From Guillardia theta CCMP2712 (lineage: Eukaryota; Protista; Cryptophyta): DNA of 64,000 bases. Of the stretch, positions 14,490 to 26,604 are shown piece after piece. Position 1 is the stretch's first letter; every line of letters starts with the position of its first letter. Location of the stretch: assembly GCF_000315625.1 (NCBI RefSeq), contig NW_005434664.1:588167-652166 (forward strand). The letters run 5' to 3'. The notes under the pieces were generated by a model that was given only the letters and a program-made list of their open reading frames with translations, was not told the origin of the DNA and ran no database searches. Position numbers and translations under genes: made by a program.

Positions 14490-15920
14490 CTGCATGCCAG
14501 GTCAGAATGATCCAGGATGGAGGACTACTTGCCTTCCTTGGCGAATGGAGAGGGGAGGAAGTTTGAAGTTGGCAGAGACGGTCTGAGGGTCTTCGCACCT
14601 GTCCATGCGGATGTGCATCCTCGTTGATGAAGCTGTCGATCAGATGCCTGCAGGCAAATGAGAAGAGCTATCGCGGTTTGTGACAGATGGACCAGGTCGA
14701 CATCTGTACTCCGTCATCAAGAGACTTGCGTTCAGACGGCTGCGGGGTGTCTGCCTCTGTGTCTTGAAGGCCTTCGATGTGCACGTACTTGCGCGACCTG
14801 CTCGTCGTGCTCTTGGGTCCCTTCACCTCCTACAGAAGCGTCACGAGGAGGAAGGACGAGGTCAACAACGCTCACGGAGGGGCGGATGCTCTCGGAGCAG
14901 TCGAGGTGGAGGCTGGGCTCTGTGAACCTCCGCTCTGAGTGTCGGATCGGGCATTTGGGAGCATGCTGCATGCCCTTCCCCTGCGAGCGACGGGTGAGTA
15001 GCGTGAGAAATTGGTAGGGCACAAGACCTTGAAGATGTCCCCGGACACCTTGAGGTTGCAGATAGGACATGTCGCCTGCAGGATGGGAAGCACCTTGGGC
15101 GAAGGATCCGGTCCGAAGCTTTGGAGCCCTAAAGGACAAAGCTTGTGGTGGTTGTCCGAAAGACTGGGATGCGAGGAGGAAGAGGAGCTGCTGCTGCAGA
15201 CATCAGACTGCCATCAGGCGGGCATGGCCTTACCACGTCGAGCTGCTGCCTTGACTATTCCAGGTCGAACTGTTTTGCTTTCTGATGGATTCTAGCAGAG
15301 TCTGCCAAGGAAGTCACGAGACACCTGTCTCCTCCGACATCAGACCGAAATCACGACAGAAATGCTCTTGGCCACTACAGATCAAGTAAGTTCAGTGGTC
15401 AGAGAAATCTCCCCTCATACCTGCCATGTTTGCTTGGATCTCGAAATCTTGATCAGTCCCAGTAAGGTCTATCGGAACATCTTCGATAGCTGAGACCTGC
15501 AGCCTTCCTCACAACTCCTTGATAGGCCATAGAAAATCAAACTCACTGCTAGGTCCAACAAAGGTTCAGAAGCGAAAGCTTGCATCTCGTTGAGAACAAG
15601 ATGCTGGAGATTGCTCTTGCGAAGAAGGATTCTGAGGCACGACTCAGGCAAGGGCTTCCGGGACTATCACTGCAAGCACACCTGGACTTTGCATAATGCA
15701 GGGATGATTTCGATACTCCGAGGCTACTGGCATTCCCGACGATCTCATCGTCGTATCCTCCAACCAGGCCCAAGTTCATCTCCTTTGAACGATGCAACCT
15801 CCGATGTGAAACAGACATGCACCTCAAACCTGCAGGTGAAGTTTCAGCTGACTCAAGTATCTTCACACCTGCGACTTTTATCTCGCTCCTTCTTCATGTT
15901 TCCATATGCCATGAGATCCT
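14490..15920 (-). CDS. Hypothetical multi-exon protein
   Basis: Coding-like exons flanked by GT/AG (e.g. EMNLGLVGGYDDEIVG, LRILLRKSNLQHLVLNEMQ, ATCPICNLKVSGDIFK). No family recognised; ends approximate. Confidence 0.4.
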
Positions 15921-17394
15921 ACAGCGATTCTTGCAGCCTGCTCCTACTCCGGGGCAATCTCCGATATCTCACCGTCACCATCATGTAATCTGATCGCAGC
16001 CCATAGTTCCCTTCCTCAGTCTCTTTCCGGACTCGTGATTCACCAGAGCTGGACCCCCTCTCCTCCCTTCTCTCCCTGCTCTCGCACAGTGATCCCCGCT
16101 TGCCTCGCCTCTCCCTCCATTCTCTCCTGCTTGGAGCCATTTTTGCTCCGGACCCTATAGAGATATTGCAACCACCCCACCCTACGGTGAGTAGTACATC
16201 CGGTGAACACAGTCGCACACTCCAGACCACCCCACCCGGCAAGTTTACTCCAAAGGCAATCCAACGCAATAAGTGGTCCCACCACCCCTACCTCTGAATT
16301 CCAACTTGGCAAGGGAAGGACTCTGATTGGGTATCAGGGGTAGACCGGGCTAGTGCTATGGCCGCGATACACCTCACTAGGACGGGGTGGGGTATCCTTT
16401 TGTCACAGGCTAGGGGTGGGGTGTCGCGCCGGCGGCGCCGGGCAGGGAGGTGGGGTGATGGGTTGACATAACTGAACTTGGCAGGTTGGCAAGAGGGTCG
16501 GAGAGGGTCGGAGAGGGGGTAGGGGGTACAAGAACGGGACCTTTTTGACGGGGGGTTACTACCAGTACCCCCTGGGGGTAAACTTAGTAAAAGGAGTTTC
16601 CGTGCCATGGAAAAAATCTTTCAGTCGACAGGTCGGGGCCCCGGTGACCCGTTCAATATCCCACGGGAGAAAGGGTGGTGGTGGTACCCTCGACGCATGG
16701 TGACACTCTTCCGAGTTTAGTACCATAGCAGGGGGTGGTCAGGGCTCATACTATGATAGTGAAGGTGTGACAGACCGTACGGTACGGTACCAGGTTGACC
16801 CAGGGGTGGTTCACGTTGGGTCTTTTTTATAAACTGGATGCCCTCATCCCCGCTTCATGTTACCCTCATCCCCGCTCGTCTGCTGGCTCGTCTGCCCGCT
16901 CGTACTAAACCTGACCCTTGAAGTTCGACTACCCCGTGAAAGAAGGTCCAAACCACCCCTACATTCTATTCGATTTCGTCGACTACCCACCCCCTGCCTC
17001 CCCCATCGCCGTACAACTCAGAATGTACCCTGAGATGATAATGGGACGAGCCGTTGAAATAGCATGATGTTGTCGCTAGTTAGGAGAGGCTGGGGGGAGG
17101 GGGGGGAGGAGAAAAGCAAGGACAAGACAGGAGAAGACAGGAGAAGATGAGGTGAGGTGAGACGAGTAAGAGAAGATACATAGGGGAAGATACATAGGGG
17201 TTTGCATTGAATTCGTAGGGTGAGGTGCCGGAGGTCAGACAGAAGGAGGGGAGGCAGGTTTCACGTGAGTGGGGATTGAATCACGACTGACAAGTTTACA
17301 AGGATTACTCGGGTATGCCTATGTAGAAAGAGGCGATGAGACCGTAAAGGAAGGGGAGCCAAGACGGCTGACGAGCAACGCCTGCTTCTAAGTG

Positions 17395-18792
17395 ATGGGT
17401 TGCGGGGCTTCAGCTTTGTCGGTGCTGGACCATGCGGTGAGACTGCCTGAGTCTTTGAGCCCCTCGGTCACTCAGGTGTAGGCGGAAGTCGGTTCGAAGC
17501 TTGACTTGCTCGGAGCAAACAGAGACATAATCGATTATTACACCTTCGGCGATACGATTGGCCAGTGAGTGCATGGTTGATGATCGCCCGTCCTGATCCT
17601 CAACGTCCCTTTGTTGCAGAGGAAGCATTGCCAAATGCAAGATCGGATACCACAAGGTCACTGGAGAATCGTTTGCTGTGAAGATCCTTGAGCAAGATCA
17701 TCCCGAGTTCAACAAGAACGACCTCAAGAAAGAGACCGAGATGATGAGGATGGTGAAGCACCAGGGATGCATCCAACTCTTCGACGTCTTCGAGAACGAG
17801 AAGCACGTCTTCATTGTTCTAGAGCTCGCTTCTGGAGGAGAGCTCTTCGATCGCGTCATTGAAAACGGCACCTTCAGTGAGAGGGATGCAACTCTGCTCA
17901 TCAGCCAGGTGCTGGAAGCTGTGGCATACCTGCACAGCCTCGGCATCTGCCATCGCGACTTGAAGCCCGAGAACGTCTTGATGAAGTCCGACGATCCAGC
18001 AAGCACGGACTACAACGTCGTCAAGCTCGCTGACTTTGGTCTCAGTACGTTGGGGACGTACCAGAACTCCATGCACACAGCCTGCGGCACGCCCGAGTAC
18101 GTGGCGCCTGAGATCGTGATGAGCATCGGGGCGGACAAGCTCCCGAAGAAGTACTCTGCCAAGGTGGACATCTGGGCGATAGGAGTGATCCTGTACGTCA
18201 TGCTGTGCGGCTTTCAGCCCTTCCAACTGGACAACCAGAAAGCCATGTACGATGCGATCCTAGGGGGACAGTACGGGTTTCCTTCGCCTGAGTGGGACCC
18301 GATTAGCCAGGAGGCCAAGAACTTCATTTCCTTCGTCTTGCAGGTGAATCCAAAGACCCGCCCGACAGCCCAGCAGTGCCTCAGGCATCGCTGGATCCTC
18401 GAGATGGGAATGGGACGTACGGAGAGTCTCAACGCGTTCAATCTCAACCTACAGACGCAGCTACGAGACTACTACTCCAGGAGGAAGAATGTCCGTGCTC
18501 TCCTGTCTTCCTGTCCTCCTTGATGCTGACCAGCTCCATCAGACACAAGCTTCCGACGATTTCAAAACGCGCTGGAGAGCCTCAAGTGCTCTACAGCATT
18601 TCAGCAACTCAGCCAGTCGCCTGGTTCAGGTAGTTGACCTTGTTGTGAACGATGTGTGACTGTCCCTCTTGTCAGCCCATGATCCGGAGGCTCAGCACCA
18701 AGCAGAGCAGCGCCAGCAGCTCTCCAAGAGCTGCTGTGTCACAAGACTTCAAAGGAATCAAAGGCTGCATGGATAAAGACAACGATGTGTAA
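17395..18792 (+). CDS. Ca2+/calmodulin-dependent-like Ser/Thr kinase (CaMK1-like) with N-myristoylation motif
   Basis: MGCGAS N-terminus; FAVK, ELASGGELFDRV, HRDLKPEN, DFG, TACGTPEYVAPE, DIWAIGVILYVMLCG and FPSPEWD. Confidence 0.93.
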
Positions 18793-18898
18793 ATAGACAA
18801 ATGTTTGATAATTCAATCAAATCTGTGAATAAGTCAAGTATTATCTTCTTCATTTTGCACCAAGAGTCTCTTTGAAAGTTGTTTGTTTTTATTAACTG

Positions 18899-20775
18899 CT
18901 ACCGCTCATCTTCTCTCAGATCCAAAAGGTCAGCAATCTCCTTTTCTAGTTCCTTTCGGGTCTCCCTCTCTCTCTCTAGAATGAATTCAGTTTCGGCCAA
19001 GCGGCGTTTGAGGTCGATCACAGTCTCGTTCAACGTGTAGGTCTTCGTCTTGCTCTGCTCCTGCGTCGCTTTGACCTCAGCCCTTGCGGCTTCCAGCTCC
19101 TTCTGCATCGAGACAAGCTGCTCCCGGGCATTCGCTTCATCTGCCAGAGTTGTTTGATCCTCTATCTTGATCACTTCGTCATCGTCAGAAGAATCATCCT
19201 CGCTCTCTTCCTCCTCTTTCCACTCTTTGCGACTGACAGTCTTGGCCTTGAGAGCGGCTGATCGGAGGACAAGCTTGATATCTGACATGAGTTGCCGGAT
19301 TTCGACATCTGACTCAGAGTTTCCACTGCTCATGAAAAGAATCTGATCGCAGACGTCCAGGGGAGTCTCTCTCGCTTGGTTCTTCTCGTTCACAACATGG
19401 CAGTCCTCTTCCACCAGGATTTCTGTTAGTTTCACGCTCTTCGCTCTCACGCACACGTGCAGTGCCGTGTCCCCGTCGTCGTTAGCAGCGTAGGCGTCAG
19501 CTCCGTTTCTCAACAGGATCCTCGCACATTCGGCGCATGACAGTCGCCCGGCAAGATGCAACGGCGTGTCTCCTTTCCGCGTCTCCAGCCTCTGCTGACC
19601 CTCCAGCTCGCTCTCCGCGTTTGCAGTGCAACCGATGTTGGGGTTTGCAAGCGCAGACACGCACATCTTCTCTAAAACCTCGTGGTGACCTCCCATCGCC
19701 GCCATGTGCAAAGGAGTCCAGCCGATCATGTTGGTCCTGTTGCAATCTGCTCCTCCTGCTATTAGTGCGTCCACAGCTTCTGCGTATCCCCGAGAGGACG
19801 CGACATGGATGGGTGACGTTCCACCAACGTCTCGCGCGTTCAAGGGAGCACCATACCTGATGAGCAGGTCCGCGACGAATCTGTGATTGTTGCCAACAGC
19901 AAGGTGGAGAGGAGTCTGATGCTGGAAGTTGAGTGAGCCGGGATACGCGCCTCGAAGCTGTTGGTCGGTTGAAGTCACACGAGGAGCAGAGGCAGGTGGA
20001 GAGGGAGAAGTGGCGAGGGAGGAGGAGAGGAAGGAGAGGAAGGAGAGAGCAGGGTGGTAGGAAAGAGGATTTGGTGTTGGTGGAAGCGAGCCTCACCAAG
20101 AGCATGTTGGTTATTTCTACTTGACCGAAGGCAGCAGCGTAATGCAACGGAGTCCCGAAACTATCAGACAAGTCCACGTCAACCTCGAACCGGAGGAGGG
20201 AGCTCATGATCTCGATGTCTCCCTTCTTCGCTGCCTGGCAGGTCTTGGCATGCAGCTGTCGCTGCACGTCTGGCGGCAAGACGTGAGAGATGGGCTGCAG
20301 CTCCTCCTGATCTTTCTTATCCGCAAACCTCTCGGAGATACTGACGAAACTTCTGGAGAGGAACCTGTTTGCTTCAAGCAGCCCCTTGACAACTCTGCTC
20401 TGTTGCCCTCCCATTCCTTTCAGCCCCTTCCTTTCCGCCTGCAGCACTTTCATCGCTTCCTCGGCGCTCCACCACCAGCCCTCAGGCTTGATGAAATCCT
20501 TGTTGTTGTTGTGGTGTATCCCTGCCATGGCGTACTTGGTGGCCTTGTAGTTGGGGTCTGTCCACTTGAGGGGTTCAGAGCCAGGCTTCCATTCCTCCTC
20601 CTCGGGTAGGCTGAACATGGAGGCCGCACTGGTGGACGTCTGGCTGGTGAGAGGCCTCAGAGCAGTATGATCGCTCTTGCTGGAGCCCTGCCGGGTAGCA
20701 AACTCGGTACCAGGTGCGATGGTGACATGGGAAGCGGTCTTCTTTGGTTCTTCTCTACGATCTGTCTCGTCCTCA

Positions 20776-20807
<32 letters not shown>

Positions 20808-20882
20808 TTCTTGCCCTGATCCCTCTCTCACCTCCCCTCCTTCTCCCTTCACGTCTGCTTCTTTGCTCTTCGCCTCGTCCAT
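18899..20882 (-). CDS. Ankyrin-repeat protein with acidic N-terminus and C-terminal coiled coil
   Basis: Repeated TPLH motifs (GTPLHYAA, QTPLHLAV, GTSPIHVA, GWTPLHMA, GDTPLHLA, GDTALHV); two large ORFs joined by one intron. Confidence 0.9.
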
Positions 20883-21339
20883 GGCAGCCCAGTAGGCTCG
20901 TACTGGCAACCTGAGCCCGATGTTTGGACCGACTCAGTTCGGTCATTGACTCGATGACTCGGAACACAGCGTACTGTACCGCCGGTGCAGTGACGGTGCC
21001 CAGAATGCGCCGGGCCTGCCGCAGTGCAGCTCAGTGATCGGACCGGACGGTGCCGGCAGGCGCGGCCCGGGGCAGGCCGGGACTCGTGACCGACGCGGGG
21101 GCGGGCCCGGGGCCGCCAGCTGTCGGCAGTGTCGGGATCGGTCGGTCACTACTTGAAGGCCCCGGTGAGGGCCCGTTGGTTCTCTTAACTTTGAGTGAAC
21201 TTGAACTATCCAGTAGTGACTCGGAACGTTTGAGTTCCACCCATCTATCCTCCTCAGTGGACCTCAGCACAGTGAGGCCCGTGATCGGTCCAGCCCGCTC
21301 GGAAGTTCAATCTGTCTACGGCGAGTCAAGTAGACTCAG

Positions 21340-22790
21340 TGAGGTCGAAGTCGCCATCCGGGAGGAGGCCCTCAGCAGCCTAGTAGGACGCCACTGCCAC
21401 CTGCCCGCAAGCTCCTGGAGCATAGGCGGCACGGGGAGGACGGAGGTCCAGCGCTTCGCCGCCTAGATATCCCTCAACGATGGCATCACGCCAGCGGTGG
21501 GCGCCGGCCAAGATCAGCGGTGCATGGGTGGACAGCTCCTTTGCATGGCCGATCAACTACCAGTTCGATTGAGGGCTGCCATGATATCCTGCAGGCCCTT
21601 CGTGGACACCACAGGGCTGATCAGTGATTTATTGGGGAACGTCGGATGCTCAGAAGATCTACCCCACGTCCCAGGTCGCCGCGAAGGGGGGGCGGGGGAC
21701 CCGCTACCCGAGACCCCACCGATCCCCAGGGACACGAGCATGGGCACAGAGCTGAGGGCGGAGCTGTAGACATCTCCTGTTCGGGTTGGCATTGACACAG
21801 GGGGTGGCAAGGAGTTTGTTGTAGACTATCAGGTAGGTAGAGCTGCTCCCCGCCGAAAAGGATGCCGTGGCCTGGGCAAGGCAGAGCCCCGAGAGCTGGT
21901 AGTTGACGGTCCTCCCGATCTCGGTGGACTGGCATGACTGTGGGTCCACACGCTTGAGGAAGCAGGAGCAGGATCCGTAGGTGTCGCCGGGTTGTATGAT
22001 GCACATCGGCTGGGTGGTACACTGCGCACGAGGGATGCTACCAAAGGTGGGTGGGTGGGCTGCTGCATTTCGCTGTTGAGGAAGAGGCAGTTGGCATCCA
22101 CCTGGTTCATGTCCTGCAGGTGGTCATGCAGGAGGTCTGTGTGATCTGCTGCTCGTTGCAGGCGCAGCAACAGGAAGACATCCCTGACATTGTCACAGCC
22201 GTACCGGCTCACGAAGTTGGTGTCCTGGCCAAAGTGGCATGCGTTTGCCGGCATCCGTCGTGATGTCTAACGGCAGGTACCTCAACTCCGCACCCGTTTG
22301 GCCTGTGGCCAGTCTAAGGACCTCCTGCACATGCCCGCATTGGAGAAGCTTGCCTTCTCATTCTACTTGTTCCCTGTGAGGAAATCCACGGTGCCGTGGA
22401 GTTAGCAGCTGTCGGTATCCTGGAGTGCAAAGGTGCAGTCCTGCGAGGAGGAGGAGGAGCAGATCTCGCTGTCAAGATGGGGTCTGCCAGACCGGGCACG
22501 TCCTGCCAGAAGAGCAACATGGGGTGAGACATGCCAAAAGCAGAAGGTCGATGACCCTCCCCAGTAATGCATCTCGCGGACGGGGTTACCCAGCTCCTGC
22601 TCGTTCAGGCTGTAGTCGCTGCGGGAGTCGATATCCTATGTCCCGAGCCAGTCCATGCTCTTCCCAGCACAAGGGTCCACGCTAGGCACCGAGGCTCACT
22701 CAGTGGATGCGGCGCGAGGCTGCAGGCTGCCGCTGAGGCATCGAAGAGTTCGAGAGGATCGTCAGATCCTTTACTTTGACAAGTAACTTG
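21340..22790 (-). pseudogene. Decayed, frameshifted, intronless Cys-rich ORF fragment of possible foreign or viral origin
   Basis: Coding-like C/G-ending codons hop between frames: ACHFGQDTNFVSRYGCDN / CACNEQQITQTSC / DANCLFLNSE / PTFGSIPRAQCTTQPMCIIQPGDTYGSCSCFLK...LLATPCVNAN. Premature stops are present and no splice pattern explains the shifts. Confidence 0.55.
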
Positions 22791-22833
22791 AAATGACAGT
22801 TGGATACTATGATCCTGAAATGGCCGCCGTGAC

Positions 22834-25049
22834 TCAGAAGAGCCAGGGGAAGAAGACGTATGGAACCATCTCCTGCATGATCGTTAGGCCTCGACAACCC
22901 GGCCAGCCATCACCTTGAACTTCTTCCAGTCAGCTCCATACTTGAGCGAACACGCGTGATCGTCTCGCCTGATGGAGGTTCAGGACAATCGTTGGCATTG
23001 TGAGCAAATCGAAAGGAGGACCATGCACGATGCGCGAGGAGAGCGGCGAAGTAGATCGGGTAGAAGTAGGTGAGGATGGAGCCGAAGCCTGCGGGTTCAC
23101 GTTGACTCGAGGAACTTGAGCGGAACGTCAGACCTGTGAAGAGAGACCAAGACAGCCCGAAAAACCAATCGCCCGTGTAGTTGATCTTCCTAGCTAAGCC
23201 CCACCTGACGCAAGCTCACCCATCGCACTCTCGGGGCTGGAGCTGTTTCTCACCATCCTGACACGATCAAGGACGTTCCTCGCTCAGTCTTGAGGTACTT
23301 CAAGTGCTTCACCTCCTCTGACTGAGGGTCCCGACGGAAGGCGTCCTTCTGGCTGTCGGGCCACCGCATCATTAGCAGGCTTCGTGCCAGCACGGACTGA
23401 TCCTGCCGACCAACTCCCACCTGTTGGAGGCACGAAAGACGTAGAAGCCAAGCATGCCGAGCAACGCAAACGCCAAGAGAATCTGCAGCATCCTTGTCAG
23501 ACGAGCCGCCTGTCGAGGCTTCTTACCTCGTCCGACAGCCCAGCGTTGTGAGTGACGAGGTAGCGAGCAGGAAGGCTTCATGCTCAGTCAGCTACGAGAG
23601 ACAAACGTCAAGATACCTATAAGTGAAAGGAACCCATGCAAGATCTCCGAAGCAGAGCATGTACCCAAAACCATCGGTGGTGACATCCTACCTGGAGGTC
23701 AACAGGCGCCAGGGGCCGTCTCAGCTGTCAGCAACTCACCATAGTCGTCAGGACTGCTTCCTCGTTGTACAGCGCATCCCACACATACTACATGTGACAG
23801 TCAGGCAGTCACCACTGTGCCACACGCGGACGACCAATCCTTGAAAGGCATTGACAAGGAGCATGGAGGTTGAGACAGAGCCGTTGTTCAGTTGCCGCTG
23901 CTTCTGCAGCATCCCTTGGTTGTACTCAGCATCCACCTGGTTCAAGACTGCGCGCAGTGCGTACCAAGATTCAAGAGCATCCATCCGATGAGTCCCGGCC
24001 GGAGCTCACAGAAAACCTGACGGGTAATAAAGGGAGAGTAAAATCACCGGGCAGAGACCTTGAGGTCGAAGTCTCCAACCCTCGGGTTCAGCTCTCTCCC
24101 CATCCAGAAGTCATAGGGTGCACATCTGAGGCCCTTTGAGTCCAGGAGAGTGTCAGCGAAAGATGCTTCACCCTGTATTTCCTCCCTTGGCCAGGAGCGC
24201 TCCTAAGATCCCTAAGGGTGACTTGTTTGTGGTCATGGGGTAGCGACAAGAACCTTTCTTGAAGGAGGAGAGGTAGAGGTAGACTGACAGCAGGATGGAG
24301 AGAGAGATTGCCGCAACTGCTAGCTCCAGATACTTGTCATACAGAATGCTGTTGCAAGGTCAAACCAATCAGAATCTTTCTGAATCGATCAATCTAGCAA
24401 GTTTCCTCAAGTCAATGAAGTGCTCCGCGACAAACAGGGAGACCCAGAAGGTGAGGTGTCCTGAGGGGGAGTGAGCCGGGGCACTTGTCCCTTGCCATGC
24501 TCACCATTGATCCTGTACTTCAGTCGTTGCCCGTTGGAAAGCTCCTGCGAACTAGTGACTCGAGCTGTAGTGCTGCTTCACGATTCGAACCACTCCTTGC
24601 CCGACTTTGTAGGGTAGAATTCGCTCCAGGAAGACGAGGAAGAGGAACCATCCCGCGCACATCTGAGACAAGATGAAGGCAAGCACAGGGTCTCTCAGGA
24701 CCTACCGCAAACGCATCCAGGGAGAAAAGTTGCGACAAGCCCCTGGTAAGCCGTGAGGAATAGAAGCGAACATAGGGGATGTCACGGTATGGGCATGTGC
24801 TTGAGCTGAAAGACGTCCACCCCTCTCAAACAGAACCCAGATGACTCGCCGTTGGGGCATCTGGTGTGAGCGCTGAGAACAAGCCGAGCTCGGGAAGTCG
24901 GCAACTCACGCGAGGTAGAGGAAGACGACGACAAGGGGAAGCACAATCATGTTTATCGTCGTTCCGATCGGACCTTCGAAATTGTCGTCAAGTTTGATGT
25001 CAAAGACAAAGGGTCAACCTCCAAACTCGTATTCTGTTGTTTTGCCCAT
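22834..25049 (-). CDS. ERG24: Delta(14)-sterol reductase (ERG24/FACKEL/TM7SF2 family)
   Basis: [110 protein letters not shown] and [10 protein letters not shown]. Confidence 0.92.
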
Positions 25050-26604
25050 CTTTCTCGAGTTGTGCTATATCCCGTCGTCCTGCTTCCATCATGAGCGAGG
25101 ACAAGCAGCAATTCTTGGAGGTTTGCAACAGTGTTTCATGCCGGACATAAGCTGTCAGAACGGCTCTCATCTCTCTGGTGTAGATACACTCTCTGGCTGT
25201 AAGTGTTTGAATCCTTCTTGCATGATAACATGCCTCCTCTGCTCTCCCTTGCACGACATCTTCCTTCATTGACACCAGCAAGTCAGAGGTTCGCTCTATC
25301 TCTAAGCTGATGTCCATCGCGAGTCTATAATCCTTACCTTGAGGTGAGCTCAGTACTACTAGTCTGGACTGAGTCCCAACGGGCCGGGTGGCCTCACTGA
25401 GGCAGGCCGGGCTGGCATACCATACCGTACAGTACTGATGACTGATCCGGGTGTCCCGGACCGGGCAGACGGTTCGCCCGGCGGCCGGCCAGCACGGTCC
25501 AGCTCCGGGCCACCGCATGAACGGCCCGGCAGCCGCTTGAAGTCGCCGTGGAACAGGATCATCGGCGGCAAGGACGAGTCCGGAAGTTCGGCTGAAACCG
25601 CTCAGCCGACCCGGTGAGTCACCGGCCGGGTGACAGAGCAGGCTTGCTGGCAGTCAGCAGCCGCCCCGGGCCCGCCGGTACCGCCTGGCCCGGGCGGCCG
25701 GGGGCCCGGCGGACATAGACACTTGAGCCTCAGCCGTTTATTTCGTATGGTTGGGAAAGTGGGTAGGGTGTTGGGGTCACGTATGTACGAGGGGTAGTCA
25801 TAGGAATAAGGGAGGGTAGTCGTGATGCGGCTGCCCTAAAAAAAAAAAGGCTCGTGCGGATCCGCACCCCACGTGTAGTACCCCTACCCCCATTTAAGTA
25901 ACACCCCACCCTCCTCATTTCCAACAAGAACTCATCAGTTCCTCAGACACCCCTCCAAACATCATCATCTGCTGTTGGGTAGGTGTACACCCTACCACGT
26001 GTTTCCACCACCCCTGTATAGCCCCGAAGGGTGCTGTCACTTCAGTAGGGGTGGTTGCCTCATGTAGCCAAAATATACCCTATCATTGTGGTCCGTCTGA
26101 TAGTATACATATATGGTAGGGTCACTACCCCCACATGCTCATACTGAAGTCATCAGTCCACGAAGCTGTCGTCCGTGGAACAGTACCCCACCAGTTTTGT
26201 ACACCAAATTCGACTACCCCACCCTATCCACTAGCCACACCGTGAAAGCTTTTTTATCTCAGCGGATGTACCCCACCCCACCTAAATGGAGGAAGCATAT
26301 AGTTATAGGGGTTGGGCTGATATCTGAGAAAGGGAAACTTGTGGGTGGGGTGGTACCAAGATACGGTGGAAGGGGTGGGGGCGTTCCGGCCTTATGGGGG
26401 CGCGTATATAAAGAGTTTGGCAACACCTCAGGAAGGTGGGGGTATACTTAAAGGGGGTACATGGTACCGGATTATATAGGAAATCCAAGGAAAATCGAGG
26501 GTAGGGGTACAAAAAGGTGGTGTAGATCCTCGTCTAAGGGGGGTAGGGGACCTCTCTCCCCCCCTTTCTTATCTCTCGTCCCTTCCCAACCTTCGACAGC
26601 CGCC

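Noticed and set aside
25878-26510. MITE defined by a 12-bp inverted pair (GTACCCCTACCC...GGGTAGGGGTAC)
   Set aside because: No target-site duplication seen and the same word occurs unpaired elsewhere; treated as part of motif family A.
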